A stretch of 64,000 nucleotides of DNA. It comes from Eledone cirrhosa (Eukaryota). The stretch's first letter is position 1; every line of letters starts with the position of its first letter. Below are positions 12,206 through 25,199 of this stretch, piece by piece. The stretch is taken from assembly GCA_964016885.1 (NCBI GenBank), contig OZ024745.1, positions 110,546,001-110,610,000 on the forward strand, read 5' to 3'. Both the position numbers and the translations under genes were made by a program. The notes beneath the pieces are model-generated. The model saw only the letters and a program-made list of their open reading frames with translations. It had not been told where the DNA came from and made no database searches.

Positions 12206-14493
12206 CAGATAAATCGATAGATATTTCCTTATTTTGGATCACTTATAATGATATTCTAAGTGGTGTGTTATAAGAAAATTGTTTTTCAATTATAAGAAAT
12301 TTACTCACTACATTAGAATAAGAAATCCAGAAAGGATATATATATATATATATTTATATACAAGGAGAGTATTATAATAAATTCTGGGCAGAAACTTTTA
12401 GAATTGATACAAATTTAAAATTCACCCATGCAATTTCACCTTGGATATGAACTAATACGTATACAAGATAAAAATGAATAGGTGTTTCAAAACAAATACA
12501 TTGATTGATCTGCCGATCAGCAGTAGAATCCAACAAATTCTTCTTGGGTGGTATGTAATATAGAGAATAATTCAGATTATTTCTTAGTAAACATTCCAAC
12601 GCTCATGTGAATATTTTACACAAAATGGAGAAGAATCAGAGTGTGGTCAGCTGTCATTAAATAGAAGTATTGGTCATTTTCAGACAGCAAGCTCATAATC
12701 AAAGCATTACAAGTCCATCACTCTCTATCCTTTCTTTTCTCTATGTGTCAGTTGTGTTCAATGTTCTCTGTCTAAATGGCCTCAAGGAAGTTTTTATTTC
12801 TTCTTAGCAGGACATATCTTCAACTCAAGTCTTTGTAAATTGTTACCATTCATTGCATGGTCAGCAAGAATGAAGTTGCTTGTTTGTTCTTATCAGTAGA
12901 TTCTTTGTGTTTCTTCTTGACATGTTTTCAAAGACGGCATAGAATTGTCACCAGAAACAATGAAATGCTCATTCAATGGAAAAATTTAACCTTTCTAATC
13001 ACATACATTTTTATTTAACAGCCAATAAATAGAAGACACTGTGAGTTACAGGAAAATTATAAATTTATGTAAGAAGTGTCAAATGAAGAAGAAAAGCAGT
13101 TAGTGATAAATAGCCATGAGGCAAGACACATGCAGTTATATTTCAAATATATCATCCTTTAGTGTTCAAATATGATTGTTACTAATCTAAAGCTAATACA
13201 AAATAATTTATTTTCATTTCTCATAAGAGATATTCTATTCAGACACTATTATTTTTAAACCCCCTGTAGATTTTGTGGAAAAGGATTATATATTTTCACA
13301 TCTACCTTTCTGATATAACATCAATAAAATATTTCTTTTCAGAAGGACTCAGCATGAAATGGTGACAAAACTATTGCTTATAGATTTCATAATAAAATAC
13401 ATTTCTTTAAACTAAACAGATAAATGTAAAGATATTATGTCTCACCAATGAATTATCCAAATATCCAATTCATAATAAAGAGAATTCAGTGATAAAAAGA
13501 AGTAAATTGTAGGATATTATGATTATAAATGTATTTTCTCAGGTTAAACAGTCTTTTATTCTTTTTAGATTGTTAAGAGAAACAATAATGAAAAATAATA
13601 AAAAAACATCACTTATGCTACCATGTTTGAGAAAAAATAACAGTGCTTTCAGTTTTTAATAGGCATTCAGAGTAACAAATCCATGTATTTTATTGGGGCA
13701 GTGCCTCTTACCTTTTCTGGAATAGTTAGATTGATGCCCTGCCTGATCATCTGTTGGTCAACGTTTGAGTAAGTATGAAATCAGACTTGTTAATAACAGG
13801 ACCACCCAATTCCACACTGTAAACATGGTTGGTGTTAGGAAGGGCACCCAACTGTAAAAATCCCAGCCAAAATACAGTTCCGTCTGGTATTTATACCAGC
13901 TTAAACTTTAGATGACAAAATATAATTTTAATTTTAACTACATTTTATTTACTCCAGAACCAAATTACAAAATTCAACATTTTCATATTGGATTTTAAAG
14001 TAATTAAAAATAACATATTCACGTATGTCAATCAATAAATTTAATACAGTATGTGTGATGACAGTAGCTTTTGATGGAATCATTGATTTACTAATGAGCA
14101 ATGACAATAGTTTGTATCCTACCTCTAACAATGGACAATGTACTTGACAAGAAAAGTTACTTAATTCTCAATTCCCAAGAGTAGTTCAAGTAAATATGTA
14201 TAATTAGAAAGCATACTTCACCACTGTAAGCAGCTGAGCCTGATGTAAAAAAGACATTAGCTTCCAGTGAAATCCATGGAATAAACTTGCATTCTTATCT
14301 AAACATGTTTATCAGACAATTAATTCTGTGTAAGCAGGATAAGCTCAAACAGACCTCAGTAATTATGTAGAATGCCTCTCAGAAGCAGCCAGTATGCTCA
14401 AATGTAGGTAATGAAATATTCTGCTAAAATTCGATTGAATCAACAATGGGTGCAGTATACCAGTGATTCTATATATACAACAGAAACAAGGCT

Positions 14494-14715
14494 TTAAACC
14501 TTTAGCATTTAAACCAACCATATCCAGCCAGAATTCTCTCACCTCTTTTGGTTCAAACCAGTCGTAATTCATACTGACATTAAGGTATTGTTCACAAAAA
14601 AAATAATAACATCATCAAAATCTCGTAGATTCCATATTATGTAAGATACTTTTGTGAGATAAAGCCTTTACCATGAAAATATAACAGTAGAGTAATGTAA
14701 ATGCTATAGGGTTAA
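14494..14715. mobile_element. piggyBac-like MITE, family 2
   Basis: TTAA-(a)cctttagcattta ... taaatgctataggg-TTAA; colinear copy at 44045-44273. Confidence 0.8.
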
Positions 14716-15848
14716 GGTTATTTTCCATGCTAAAGCACAGGTTAGCTTTACAAGGTCCCACATGGAGTCCTTTTTGATGCAGTGTTTTATGACAGGATGC
14801 TTTTACTGGCAATAACACTTTTAGTTGCCTCATATGCCATGTAAGGATAAGATGCATCTCTTCTAAATGTGATAGATACAGCTTATCTGTACATATGACA
14901 CAGGTGCCTCCAAAATACTTTCCAGCCTAACTACATTTTGTTAATTGAATCAAGAAATTAACGAATAAATAATGAGCTATACAATTGTAAAATAGATGGT
15001 AAGAAATGGTAAGAAGTGACAATCTTGTAGCTGTTTTTATCTGAGTGATATATCTAAATTTGTTTGATCAGAAGAATACTTTGTAGAAGAGCTGAGGTGA
15101 AAAGGATGTAACAAATGGCTTTTTGTTCTAGTAACACAATATTAATGGGTTTGGGTTCTTACGTTTGGGGTTAATTCTGACCAATGACTTCTCAATACAA
15201 AAGGAACAGCCATTAATAGGTAACTATAGATTTCTTCACATTCAATTTCTATTTCATGCATCAGTGAATTGCTTTTTATAATTGATATAGCTGGTGAAAG
15301 AAAACTACAGGTATTAGTATTAAATATCAATGAGAGATGAATAGCTGTCAAAAACAACTACCATAAATACCAATATCACGGATGTATATTCTTATTAACA
15401 TCAAATATATCTAGGGATCAAGGCATTAGACAAGATGTAAACTTGGCTAACAACTTGATTTAAATTTATTAGTTTAACAGCATACTACATATTCTTGGAT
15501 AAGATGTGGCAGTAATGGTTTTGTTCCAATGAACTTCACACACATGCATTTTCAACCATTTATTTCAATACATATATGCAGATATAGATGTGTGTGTGTG
15601 AGTGTGGGCAAATGAATACAGCAATGAACGTGAATGAAGAACAACACTTTAGGGTGTCAATAAATATTTGATTGAGTAGTAGTAACATGTTCAGTACCTG
15701 AAGAAATATAACAAGAGACAAATGTTTCCTGCCGACTTTAAATCATATATTTTCAAAGTCGGTAGTGTTGCAGCAATTTCCCCCATAATGACCAGTTGTA
15801 AACTAATACCACTGTCTATGCTAAGCAGCATCTGCATCTCTCTCTCTC

Positions 15849-16078
15849 TGAGCAAGACACTTTATTTCACATTGCTCCAGTTTACTCAGCTGTAGAAATG
15901 AGATGATAGGGAGTGGGGTCCATATCATTCCACTGCAAAGTGGTCGTGGAGGTGCCACAGCAAAAAAGCACCCAGCACTCACTGTAAACGAGGTTGGTGT
16001 TAGGAAGGGCCTCCAGCTGTAGAAATCGAGCCAGAATCAGTTCCCCTGCAAGCAGGGAAAAAGCGAAAATGAAATGAT
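15849..16078 (+). mobile_element. 5'-truncated SINE family A, (GAAAT) tail variant
   Basis: Matches 24930-25199. Confidence 0.85.
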
Positions 16079-16084
16079 ATATAT

Positions 16085-16293
16085 ATCATCATCATCACCG
16101 TTTTACGTCCGTTATTCCACGCTAGCGTGGGTTAGACGGGCTGTCCTGTTGTGGGCAGTGTCTGGTCGGCTGACTTCGTCTTGCTCATATGGGAACTGAT
16201 TCTGGCTTGATTTCTACAGCTGGATGCCCTTCCTAACACCAACCTCATTTACAGTGAGTGCTGGGTGCTTTTTTTCCGTGGCGCCTACACGTT
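16085..16293 (-). mobile_element. young RTE 3' UTR fragment, tail-to-tail with the preceding SINE
   Basis: Reverse complement of ~37576-37785; the 5' end abuts a TA/CA tract. Confidence 0.9.
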
Positions 16294-16352
16294 ATATGTA
16301 TATAAATGTAAGTATGCACACATACACACATATATACACATACATATATGTA

Positions 16353-16671
16353 CGTATGGGTTACATTGAACAATAATAATAATGTTTGATTCGTTTGTAA
16401 ACAAACAGACCGATTGGAAGCTGTGCTGTGCCGTGAGACTACTGAGCCGATGTGTACTTAACAAAATGCTATATATTTTCAACCATGCAATAGACTTGCA
16501 GAGGTATACAGTCCTGATGAAGGGTAATGCCCCAGAAATATTGATTTTTCCTCAAAGCCAGTGTTAAACAAAGAGGTAACGATCAGTCATCAGCACGGCA
16601 CAGCCTAAAATCAAGCCATTCATTTACAAATTAATCGAACATTATTATTAATGTTCGGTATGACCCAAACG
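16353..16671. mobile_element. fold-back element with ~85-bp imperfect inverted arms flanked by TA
   Basis: Left arm cgtatgggttacattgaacaataataataatgtttgattcgtttgtaaa...gctgtgctgtgc versus reverse-complemented right arm cgtttgggtcataccgaacattaataataatgttcgattaatttgtaaa...gctgtgccgtgc. Confidence 0.75.
16510..16545 (+). ncRNA. minimal type I hammerhead ribozyme-like motif
   Basis: AGTC-CTGATGA-A-GGGT-AAT-GCCC-A-GAAA-TATT-GATT: both core boxes, stem II, stem I (AGTC/GATT) and palindromic AATATT in the stem III position. Confidence 0.55.
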
Positions 16672-17268
16672 TACATATGTATATGTATATATATATGTGT
16701 GTGTGTGTATATGTACATATATATGTGTGTGTGTGTATATATGTACATATATATATATATACGTGTGTGTGTGTATATGTACATGTGTATGTGTATATGT
16801 GCATATATGTATATATATGTGTATGTGTATATGTATATATGTACATATATGTGTGTGTGTATATATGTACATATATGTGTATGTGTATATGTACATATAT
16901 GTATATGTACATATATGTGTATATGTACATATATGTATATGTGTATGTGTATATGTACATATATATGTGTGTGTATATGTACATATATGTGTGTGTGTGT
17001 ATGTACATATATATATGTGTATGTATATGTACATATATATATATGTGTATATATATATATGTGTATATGTACATATATGTGTGTGTATATGTACATATAT
17101 GTATATGTACATATATAATATGTGTGTGTATATGTACATATATATATGTATATGTGTGTGTATATGTACACATATATATATATATATATTATATATCTAC
17201 ATATATATATACATATATATACATTTATATATACATATATATACATTTATATATATATGTGTGTGTGT
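16672..17268. repeat. complex (TA/TG)n tract with recurring atatgtacatat unit
   Basis: Read directly; mostly alternating purine-pyrimidine. Confidence 0.95.
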
Positions 17269-17410
17269 AAAAGGTAAACAGAAATAACAACACAATCGGT
17301 ACAGTATATGGAAGGTATATATTAGGTTAACGCTTGATATAGCTATATATAAGAGGGCCTTAACGTTTCGGACGCTAGTCCTTCATCAGAAGAAAGAATG
17401 AGAAATAAGA
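17269..17410 (-). mobile_element. Penelope-like terminal repeat fragment carrying a hammerhead
   Basis: Homologous to 27585-27720 (+); contains the HHR and runs into a microsatellite. The Penelope assignment is inferred from the HHR type. Confidence 0.6.
17358..17393 (-). ncRNA. minimal type I hammerhead ribozyme, core intact
   Basis: Minus strand reads TCTT-CTGATGA-A-GGAC-TAGC-GTCC-GAAA-CGTT-AAGG. Confidence 0.8.
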
Positions 17411-17850
17411 TAGATTGGGGTACGGGCGGGATGGAATAGGTAAAAAATGTCTTTAGATAAAAATAACAGGTCCGTTCATGTTTACATCTCTTGCAAAGTG
17501 TTTGAATGTATATATATATATATATATGTGTACGTGTGCATACTTACATTTATGTATTAGCTGTGCTAGGATGAGAAATAAAATTATAATTTTATTTTTA
17601 TATATATATATATATATATTAATAAAATATTAGAGGCCATATTCAGCTTGTTGAGCGCTTCTTTTTATCTGCTTCACAACTGACAGACCATAATGTGGTC
17701 AGCACATCCCTCTTCAGTTAACCCCATACTCTAATATATATATATATATATATAATTAGCAGTAGCACTAAGACAGTGTTAAAGCATAACGGAGATGCAT
17801 ATAAAGACATATATAAACATGTATGTATGTATATATATATATATATATAT

Positions 17851-18230
17851 ATAAATGAATTGAGAGGGAGAGACTGAGCATAAGAGGAATCAAATGCTGT
17901 GTGCAGGAGAGGCGGTTGCGTTGGTATGGACATGTGATGCGTATGAAGGATGACAGCTGCATAAAAAGGTGCAGAGCACTAGAAGTCGATGGAAACCGCG
18001 GAGTGGGGAGACCCAAGATGACCTGGAATGAGGTGATAAAAGTCGACCTTACCCAATTACACCTCTCAAAGGCGATGACACACGACCGTGACCTCTGGCG
18101 TCACGCAGTAATACAGAGTACCCGACCTCCCATGGGTACAAGCTGAAGCATATAGACTATGCCCCCACGCCCCCCACTGCAAGGCGGTCGTGGAGGTGCC
18201 ACGGCAAAAAAGCACCCAGCCCACACTGTG
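17851..18230 (+). mobile_element. young RTE 3' fragment
   Basis: Near-identical to 37191-37570 ([23 protein letters not shown]...); starts in (TA)n; lacks the GAT tail. Confidence 0.95.
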
Positions 18231-20419
18231 TATGAGTATATAATTTTGTTCTCCTCCTTCCTTTATCCCTTTATTCTCTGCCCTCATGCATGAGGCTTTC
18301 AGTGAGATTCAATCCCACTGCGTAGCACCTTGAGCAAGTGCATTCCGCAATTGCCTCAAGCTGACCAATACCTTGTGAGTGAATTCAGAAACTAAGAGGA
18401 AGTCCACCATATATGTGTGTGTATGTGTATCTTCAGATCAATAATAAATAACCTTTAACACATGCTGTGACATTTGTTTGTGTCCAGCATAAACAATACA
18501 TCCTGCAGCTAGCCAGTTGAATGGTGTACACAATTTAAAAATAAAGTATGCATTGTCATCTTTAAAGGACTACCCACAAAAATGTTGCCTCAAATAGTTT
18601 TGTCCAGCCCATACCAGCCTGGAAAAGTGGACATTATGAAGAAGGTGGTGGTGATGATGATGATACATTTCTTCATTTGGTTGATTTTGCGAAAAGCATA
18701 CATATATAAATCATCCTTTTATCATGTTTTAATATCAAAATATAAAAATTGTCATCCTGAGAGAAGAATCAGTAAAATGTATGATGTTTAAAGAAAGCAA
18801 TATAACTAATAAAAATTAAATATAGTATATTGTATTCTATTCAGACTTTATATTCCTAATTCAAAACAGTCTTCCATTTATTTTTTTTTTTTGTTCTTTG
18901 TTTAGTTTTTCTTTTTGAGTTGGTTTGGGTGTGTTGGGAAATACATAACATTCCTATTTCTAAAGTCTCTTTCAGTGTTTTAACAACAAAAGAAAAATTA
19001 TTTAAACAATTTAACTAGTTTGAAATAAAAGTATAAGTTTCACTGAAGGTAAAGTTTTGAATAATTCAATCAATTAAATACTAGGTGGTATTTTCAAAGC
19101 AGCATAAAGCAAGCATAAAATTTCACAACCAAAGTATTTTTCATAACCAAAGTGTTTTATAACTGAATAAATCAACAGCTGTGTGATAAAGAAGCAAATG
19201 CATCCAGTGACATCAAAGTGCAACAGCTCAGATGAATATGCTTTGAAAGTACAATCAACCCTCATTGTCAGACATAGTTTCCAGAAAGATTTTAACATAA
19301 TGGCAAGATAAAAAGTGAAAAATATTTCTTAAGAAAATGACTTCAGTAAAACAGAGAAATAAACATGAAAAACAATGAGTCAAACAAACAAACAAATATA
19401 CAGAAATCAATGGACAAAAGCTGAAATCGTGTTATTTTATTTTGTTTATGTAGTTGGCTTGTTGTTTTTTTATTTGAAAAACAAACAAACAAACAAAAAG
19501 AAGGAAGGAAAAAATAAAAGAAGAAAAATATTTATCAATGTCTTTAATGTCAGAATCACTTATGAAATTGCTAAGTAGATATAGATGAAAATGAACACAA
19601 GCTGTGAATAACTGAAGTTTTAAAAGCTAGACAAATATATAAGGTGGAGAAAAAAAATCTGTAAATGACAGGATAATAGAAGAGACAACTACCAGAGTAT
19701 GAAAGTAAAAGATAAAACAATAAAAATGGCAATACCTATGCAGGCATATTTTTTGAACTGTCATTAAACTTTTCAATGATACAAGAAAGCTTTAGAAGTA
19801 ATTTTCAATAAGGTAAAAAGAAAAAGAAAAAGAAAAGAAAGCTTTCTTTCTGAGAAAGTTACGAATTCACAATCCTTATAGAATTTCTGCTACTTTTATT
19901 TATGTATTTATTTTTGTTTATTCTATTACCAATGGCTTATAACGAAAGAATAATTATAATATAATTTAGTATTCATTTATCGAAAGATGATCTCTTGTTT
20001 TGTATTGATTTGATCACTACACAGAACAAAAATAAATAAAAATCCTGTTGAATTTCATAACATATGTGGTATTAATAAAGAATTTTCTGTTTCTTTCAAT
20101 TTGCCTGAATCTTTACTATAACCATGTTGTGAGATTAAATTCCATCAACTCCATTTAGCTGTTGTTGATCCACTGCTGGATGAAAGTCTCAGCATAGATT
20201 TGCTTACTTATCTATGGTGACTGCAGGCATAACAGTCCATGCTGGCTAATTGTATGTTGGATTTTCATGTGGTTAGCCATGGGCATTGGTGCCTAGACAA
20301 AACTTGATTTAAATGACAGAACAAATATTGCAAGGTATCTCATCCTATACATGATCAATTCTGACAATCTACTACACTAAGGTAGTACTTTATATATAGA
20401 CCCCAAATGTTTAGATTCT

Positions 20420-20430
20420 GTGTGTGTGTG

Positions 20431-20484
<54 letters not shown>
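20420..20484. repeat. (GT)n(GA)n microsatellite
   Basis: Read directly. Confidence 0.95.
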
Positions 20485-20489
<5 letters not shown>

Positions 20490-21429
20490 TTATTTTACAT
20501 TAATTTTCCATGTTAACATGGGTTTGACAGATCATCATGGTCTGAAACTAGGATGATCAGAAAACTACATCTTGCATATATGTTCCAATTTTGACATGGT
20601 CTCATAACTCCTGATAGAGATGTAGGGGCGCCATATTGACATATGACATTTCTTGTGAATTTTAAGCCTGGCAGAGCCCACCCCTCTCCAGGCCTGAGTA
20701 GAGCAGATTTCTTCCAGAGAGAAAGAATTTTTTTATTAACCTCTAAAGGAAGCAAAAGTGAAGTTGACCTCAGATTTGAACTTAGAGAGCCAGAACGAAT
20801 GCCAAACAGCATTCTATCCGACATTCTAACGACTCTGCCAATTATATAAAGAGGGACCGACTGACAAAAATTACATAGGATCAAAAAATTGAACATTTAA
20901 AGACAGACACATTCATCAAAACTTCAACATTCATAATCCCTTTAAGTTCACTTTTCTATTTTAGCGTAAGTTGTATAAGCTACCACGAATTGAGTCAGGT
21001 TTCTTGTTTGGAGTTACTGCCAAGACATGACGAACATTTTCTCAGTGATACATACCAGAATTTAGCATCGTATTGCCAACTACTTTATGGAATTTATTTA
21101 GTGCACCAGTAGTTATATATATATAGTCCTTTTCTTTGTATATAGTGAAAAGTTGACGTGTGTGTATATTATGTGAATGTGCAAATATATATATATATAT
21201 ATAACAGAGTTTTGTAGCTTACTTGAAGCATTGTTGAATAGGAAAAACAAATTTAAATTTTGAAAAACCAAAACAATGCTAAATTGCCAAGATAACAAAA
21301 GAATCCCACCTTAGCAAATTCAACGATCCCAAATATTTTGAGGTTTAAAAACCCATCATCAAAGGAGTAACCCTATGAGAGACTTAAAAATCGATCGGAT
21401 AGACTTGCTTGTTTGGAAGCAGATTTAAG

Positions 21430-21920
21430 TTAAAACTTAACAAAAGGCTCCTCCCTATGTACAAAGGATGACTGCATGATGCCTGTGTGCAAAGTGTGAT
21501 GCTGCATGGTAGTGAAACATGGGCAGTGACCACAGAGGACATGTGTAGACTGGAGAGAAATGAAGTAGTTATGCTTTGTTGGATGTGCAATGTAAACATG
21601 AGAACTTGGATGAACTGAGGGAGAAGCTGGGTCTAAGAGGAATCTGAGGTGGTGTGCTGGAGAGAAGACTGCATTGGTACAGACATGTGATACACATGGA
21701 TTATGACCAATGAGTGAAAAATGCCAGAAAATACGAGTGGAAGGAAGTCACAGTAGAAGTAGACAAGAAAACCTGGGCAGAGGTGGTAAAAATGACCTCA
21801 AGTCACCGACACTCACAGAGATGATGAGAATGGATCGTAACATGTGGAAAGATGCCGTGCTAAGAAGGAGCAATCCAACTCATGCAAGCATGGAAAAGGG
21901 GACATAAAAACGATGATGAT
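21430..21920 (+). mobile_element. older RTE 3' fragment
   Basis: Diverged homologue of ~37010-37480 ([14 protein letters not shown]), ending catgcaagcatggaaaag...gatgatgat. Confidence 0.85.
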
Positions 21921-22044
21921 ATTGTAAATAATTAGTGCGCACTAACTATTTACAATGCATACACTCTACTTTCCCAAGTATTGAGTGCTTAGCTGAACAT
22001 GATCTTACTAGTCTAAACTGATATTCCCAATCTACATACATATA

Positions 22045-22144
22045 CAGTGTGTCCCCAAAAATGTATACATACTTTGATTACCTGTACAGGCAATATTTAT
22101 TACAATGCTGTTGAAGTATGTATACATTTTTGGAGGACACCCTG
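22045..22144. mobile_element. 100-bp Tc1/mariner-type MITE
   Basis: TA-cagtgtgtccccaaaaatgtatacatactt ... aagtatgtatacatttttggaggacaccctg-TA: ~30-bp TIRs and TA target duplication. Confidence 0.85.
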
Positions 22145-24526
22145 TACCCATGCTAGCGTGGAAAATGGACGTTAAACGAAGATGATGATGATTATGATAT
22201 ATATATATATAACAATGCTGATAGAGTGGATTAGAAATTGTCAGTAAAGACAAAATTATGTGCAAGCTGCCATCACCATCACCACTACCATTCCATCAGC
22301 CAGCAAGCCAGTGTGTGGGTGTGTCTGCATTCCCACAACTGTAATTGCACAACAACAACATTTATTGCAGCATCACAATTTTTACATCTGCTTCCTATTA
22401 TTTATCTTTCAAATGAAAAGAAAAACTTTTTGTTGCCATCGAAATCAACAACACCTTGAAGTTGTTCCACCTTCTTTAGTCTGCCAACCTTACCTTCACT
22501 ACATCCACCCTTGGAAAGTAGACTCAATCATATTTAAGAGTTGCCTATTATTTTGTTTCCCCGTTTTTGTTACTGTATTTCTAATATAAGACAATACCAT
22601 GATTTTCAAAGAATTTTGAAAATAGTTAAGAATTCGAAACACTATAACTGTCTTTATATTAAACTAGTGTTAGAGCCTACCTAAAATAAAAATTCATAAT
22701 ATAATCACAAAAGGTTTTTAGATAGATATGACTATATATAAATGGGATTCAGACCACTTAGCCTGTCTGGGAGGTCAGTAGCTCCATATCTGTACTGACT
22801 TGGTCTACACAAACACATCCAACTCTTGCTAACATGGATAAACATCATAAAACAAGCAGCTTTGTATCATAGAACCAAAGTTTCAAGCAGTTTAATATCA
22901 AGTTCACTATTTAGTTTCTGCTAGATATTAAGGTATAGGCTTTTATTTTATTTCTTTTACCATTTAGTCACAGACACATATGTTCATACACACATGCATG
23001 ATCCTGTAACATCTGAGGGAGTTGTAGGGCACCATATTGACATACGGTGGTTCCAAGACATTTTGTCAACCTGGTAGAACCCTCTCTAGGTCTGAATACT
23101 GCAGAATACAACAGATTTCTTCTGGAGAAGAATAGAGAGTGAGAGAATCAAAGTGAGAAAGAAATATAGAGGAAGAAGCGACCCCAGTATTTAATTGGTA
23201 CATTTTTATCGACCTCAAATGGATGAAAGGCAAAATTGACTTTACCAGGATTTGAACTTAGAGAGCAGAGAGCCAAAATGAATACCACAGCTTTCTGTCC
23301 AATGTTCTAATGACTGCCAATTTTCCACCTTCTCATACACACACATAAACACTAAATGAAAATAATTTTAACTTATTCTGCTCCTGCTATTCTTGTCACA
23401 GAGATTAATGCCTTATTTACAAATATCATCAGAAATACATTGTGTTGGAAATTTCAAAATTTAATTTAATATATCTAAATTTATTATTATCTACACCTAA
23501 TGTCCTTATATTTCATCCATACATTAATCAGATGACTGGGAAAAGACAAACCATACAACATACAAAATTATTGGACAACTAACAAAATTTAGTCTGCTAT
23601 AAAATAGTTCAAAGATCTTTGACCTTCAGTTCACTTGTAACCCTAACTTTTACTGAAAATCAGATTACATGTGTCTATATTGACTGTTATATAAACTTGT
23701 ACCTCTTCTAAATTCTTAACCTTCTGTAAGGATAAAACAGAAGAGTTTTGAAGTCACATAATAGATTTAAATCTCACGAGAAGACATCACATCTCAGAAG
23801 TAGTAGAACTGACATATCCTTTTAAACCTTATTCGTTTTAATCAAATCAATTTTTTACTATGGCCCTCCATCACTCTTCTACTTTCTGCCACTCATTAAC
23901 TCTGTGCTCTAGATGACTGTCAGGTTTCCTTACTATGTTTACTCTGGTATAGACTGCTTTTGAAAACATAAAAACAAAAAAAAATAACAAGGATTTCTAA
24001 TACAGGCACAATGCCACAATTTGTGTACAAGAGCCCGGTTGATTTTTCAACAGATATGCTTCTTTTATTGGCTCTAGAAGGATGAACAGTGAAGTTTGTC
24101 CCAGTGGGATTTGAACTCAGAACATGAAAGACATAACTAAAAATCCAAAGACATTTTTTCTGGCATGATACCAATTCTTTTACTCACTGCCCTCACAAAA
24201 ATACTCATAAAGCCAACAGAAGATTGTTTATTCTAACACAAGCAAGAGAAATAATAGCAGCAAGAGGCAGCAGTCTTGCATCACTGCCTATATTCATATA
24301 CATACTTGATATGAGATTCTACATTGTCTTTCAACGTGAAAGAAATAGCAGCCAAATCTCACTCAAACCCATAACTTATGATCTTAAAAGAAAAAGACAT
24401 ACATATTGGATTATATATTCTGACATATGCAATGTCTTTAAAAATAAGACATGTTGGTCATAGCTTGAATGAATATGGTCGTAAGTTTTACACAACCAGT
24501 GCTTACCTTGGACTAAAGAATAACAA

Positions 24527-24527
24527 C

Positions 24528-24590
<63 letters not shown>

Positions 24591-24612
24591 TGCAGTAGTA
24601 GCAGTAGTAGTA
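24527..24612. repeat. (AGT)n microsatellite at the end of a family C repeat
   Basis: Read directly. Confidence 0.95.
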
Positions 24613-24805
24613 ATTTTTTAGACAATCATGAGTTTCGTTGTAAATTATAAAGGTTTGAATATTTTAAATGTGTGTGTCATCATTGTAGTTTTCTTAAAGC
24701 AGATGGAAATGTAGATATTGAGGTAACCAAATTGGATAAGGAAGGAAAGAAGTGAGATTGAGTGCATAGAAGAGAAGGGAAACTAGAAATGATATTACCT
24801 TTGTA

Positions 24806-24836
<31 letters not shown>

Positions 24837-24842
24837 TATATT

Positions 24843-25199
24843 GGAGGCACATGGCTTAGTGGTTAGAGCATTGGTCTTGCAATCGAAAGGTTGTGAGTTC
24901 AATTCTCAGACCGGGTGGTGTGTTGTTTCCTTGAGCAAGACACTTTATTTCACATTGCTCCAGTTTACTCAGCTGTAGAAATGAGATGATAGGGACTGGG
25001 GTCCATATCATTCCACTGCAAAGTGGTCGTGGAGGTGCCATGGCAAAAAGGCACCCAGCACTCACTGTAAATGAGGTTGGTGTTAGGAAGGGCATCCAGC
25101 TGTAGAAATCAAGCCAGAATCAGTTCCCGTCCCACCCTTGCAAGCAGGGAAAAAGCGGACGTAAAATGAAATGAAAATGAAATGAAAATGAAATGAAAT
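24843..25199 (+). mobile_element. full-length tRNA-derived SINE family A (Meta-like core, RTE-derived 3' part, (GAAAT)n tail)
   Basis: A box tggcttagtgg, B box gttcaattc, core ccttgagcaagacactttatttcacattgctccag, then RTE 3'UTR homology; TA-rich flanks. Confidence 0.9.

Noticed and set aside
15729-15765. Hairpin ctgccgacttt...aaagtcggtag
   Set aside because: Isolated 11-bp stem with no other supporting structure or second copy in the window.
16620-17287. Overlapping 150-210 aa ORFs rich in Y/I/H/T/C/V/M
   Set aside because: Translations of stop-free TA/CA/TG microsatellite, not genes.
24378-24650. Poly-serine ORF
   Set aside because: (AGT)n microsatellite attached to a repeat tail.
24843-24915. 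tRNA gene candidate (also 49551-49625)
   Set aside because: A and B boxes belong to a SINE head that continues into core and tail; no convincing acceptor stem.
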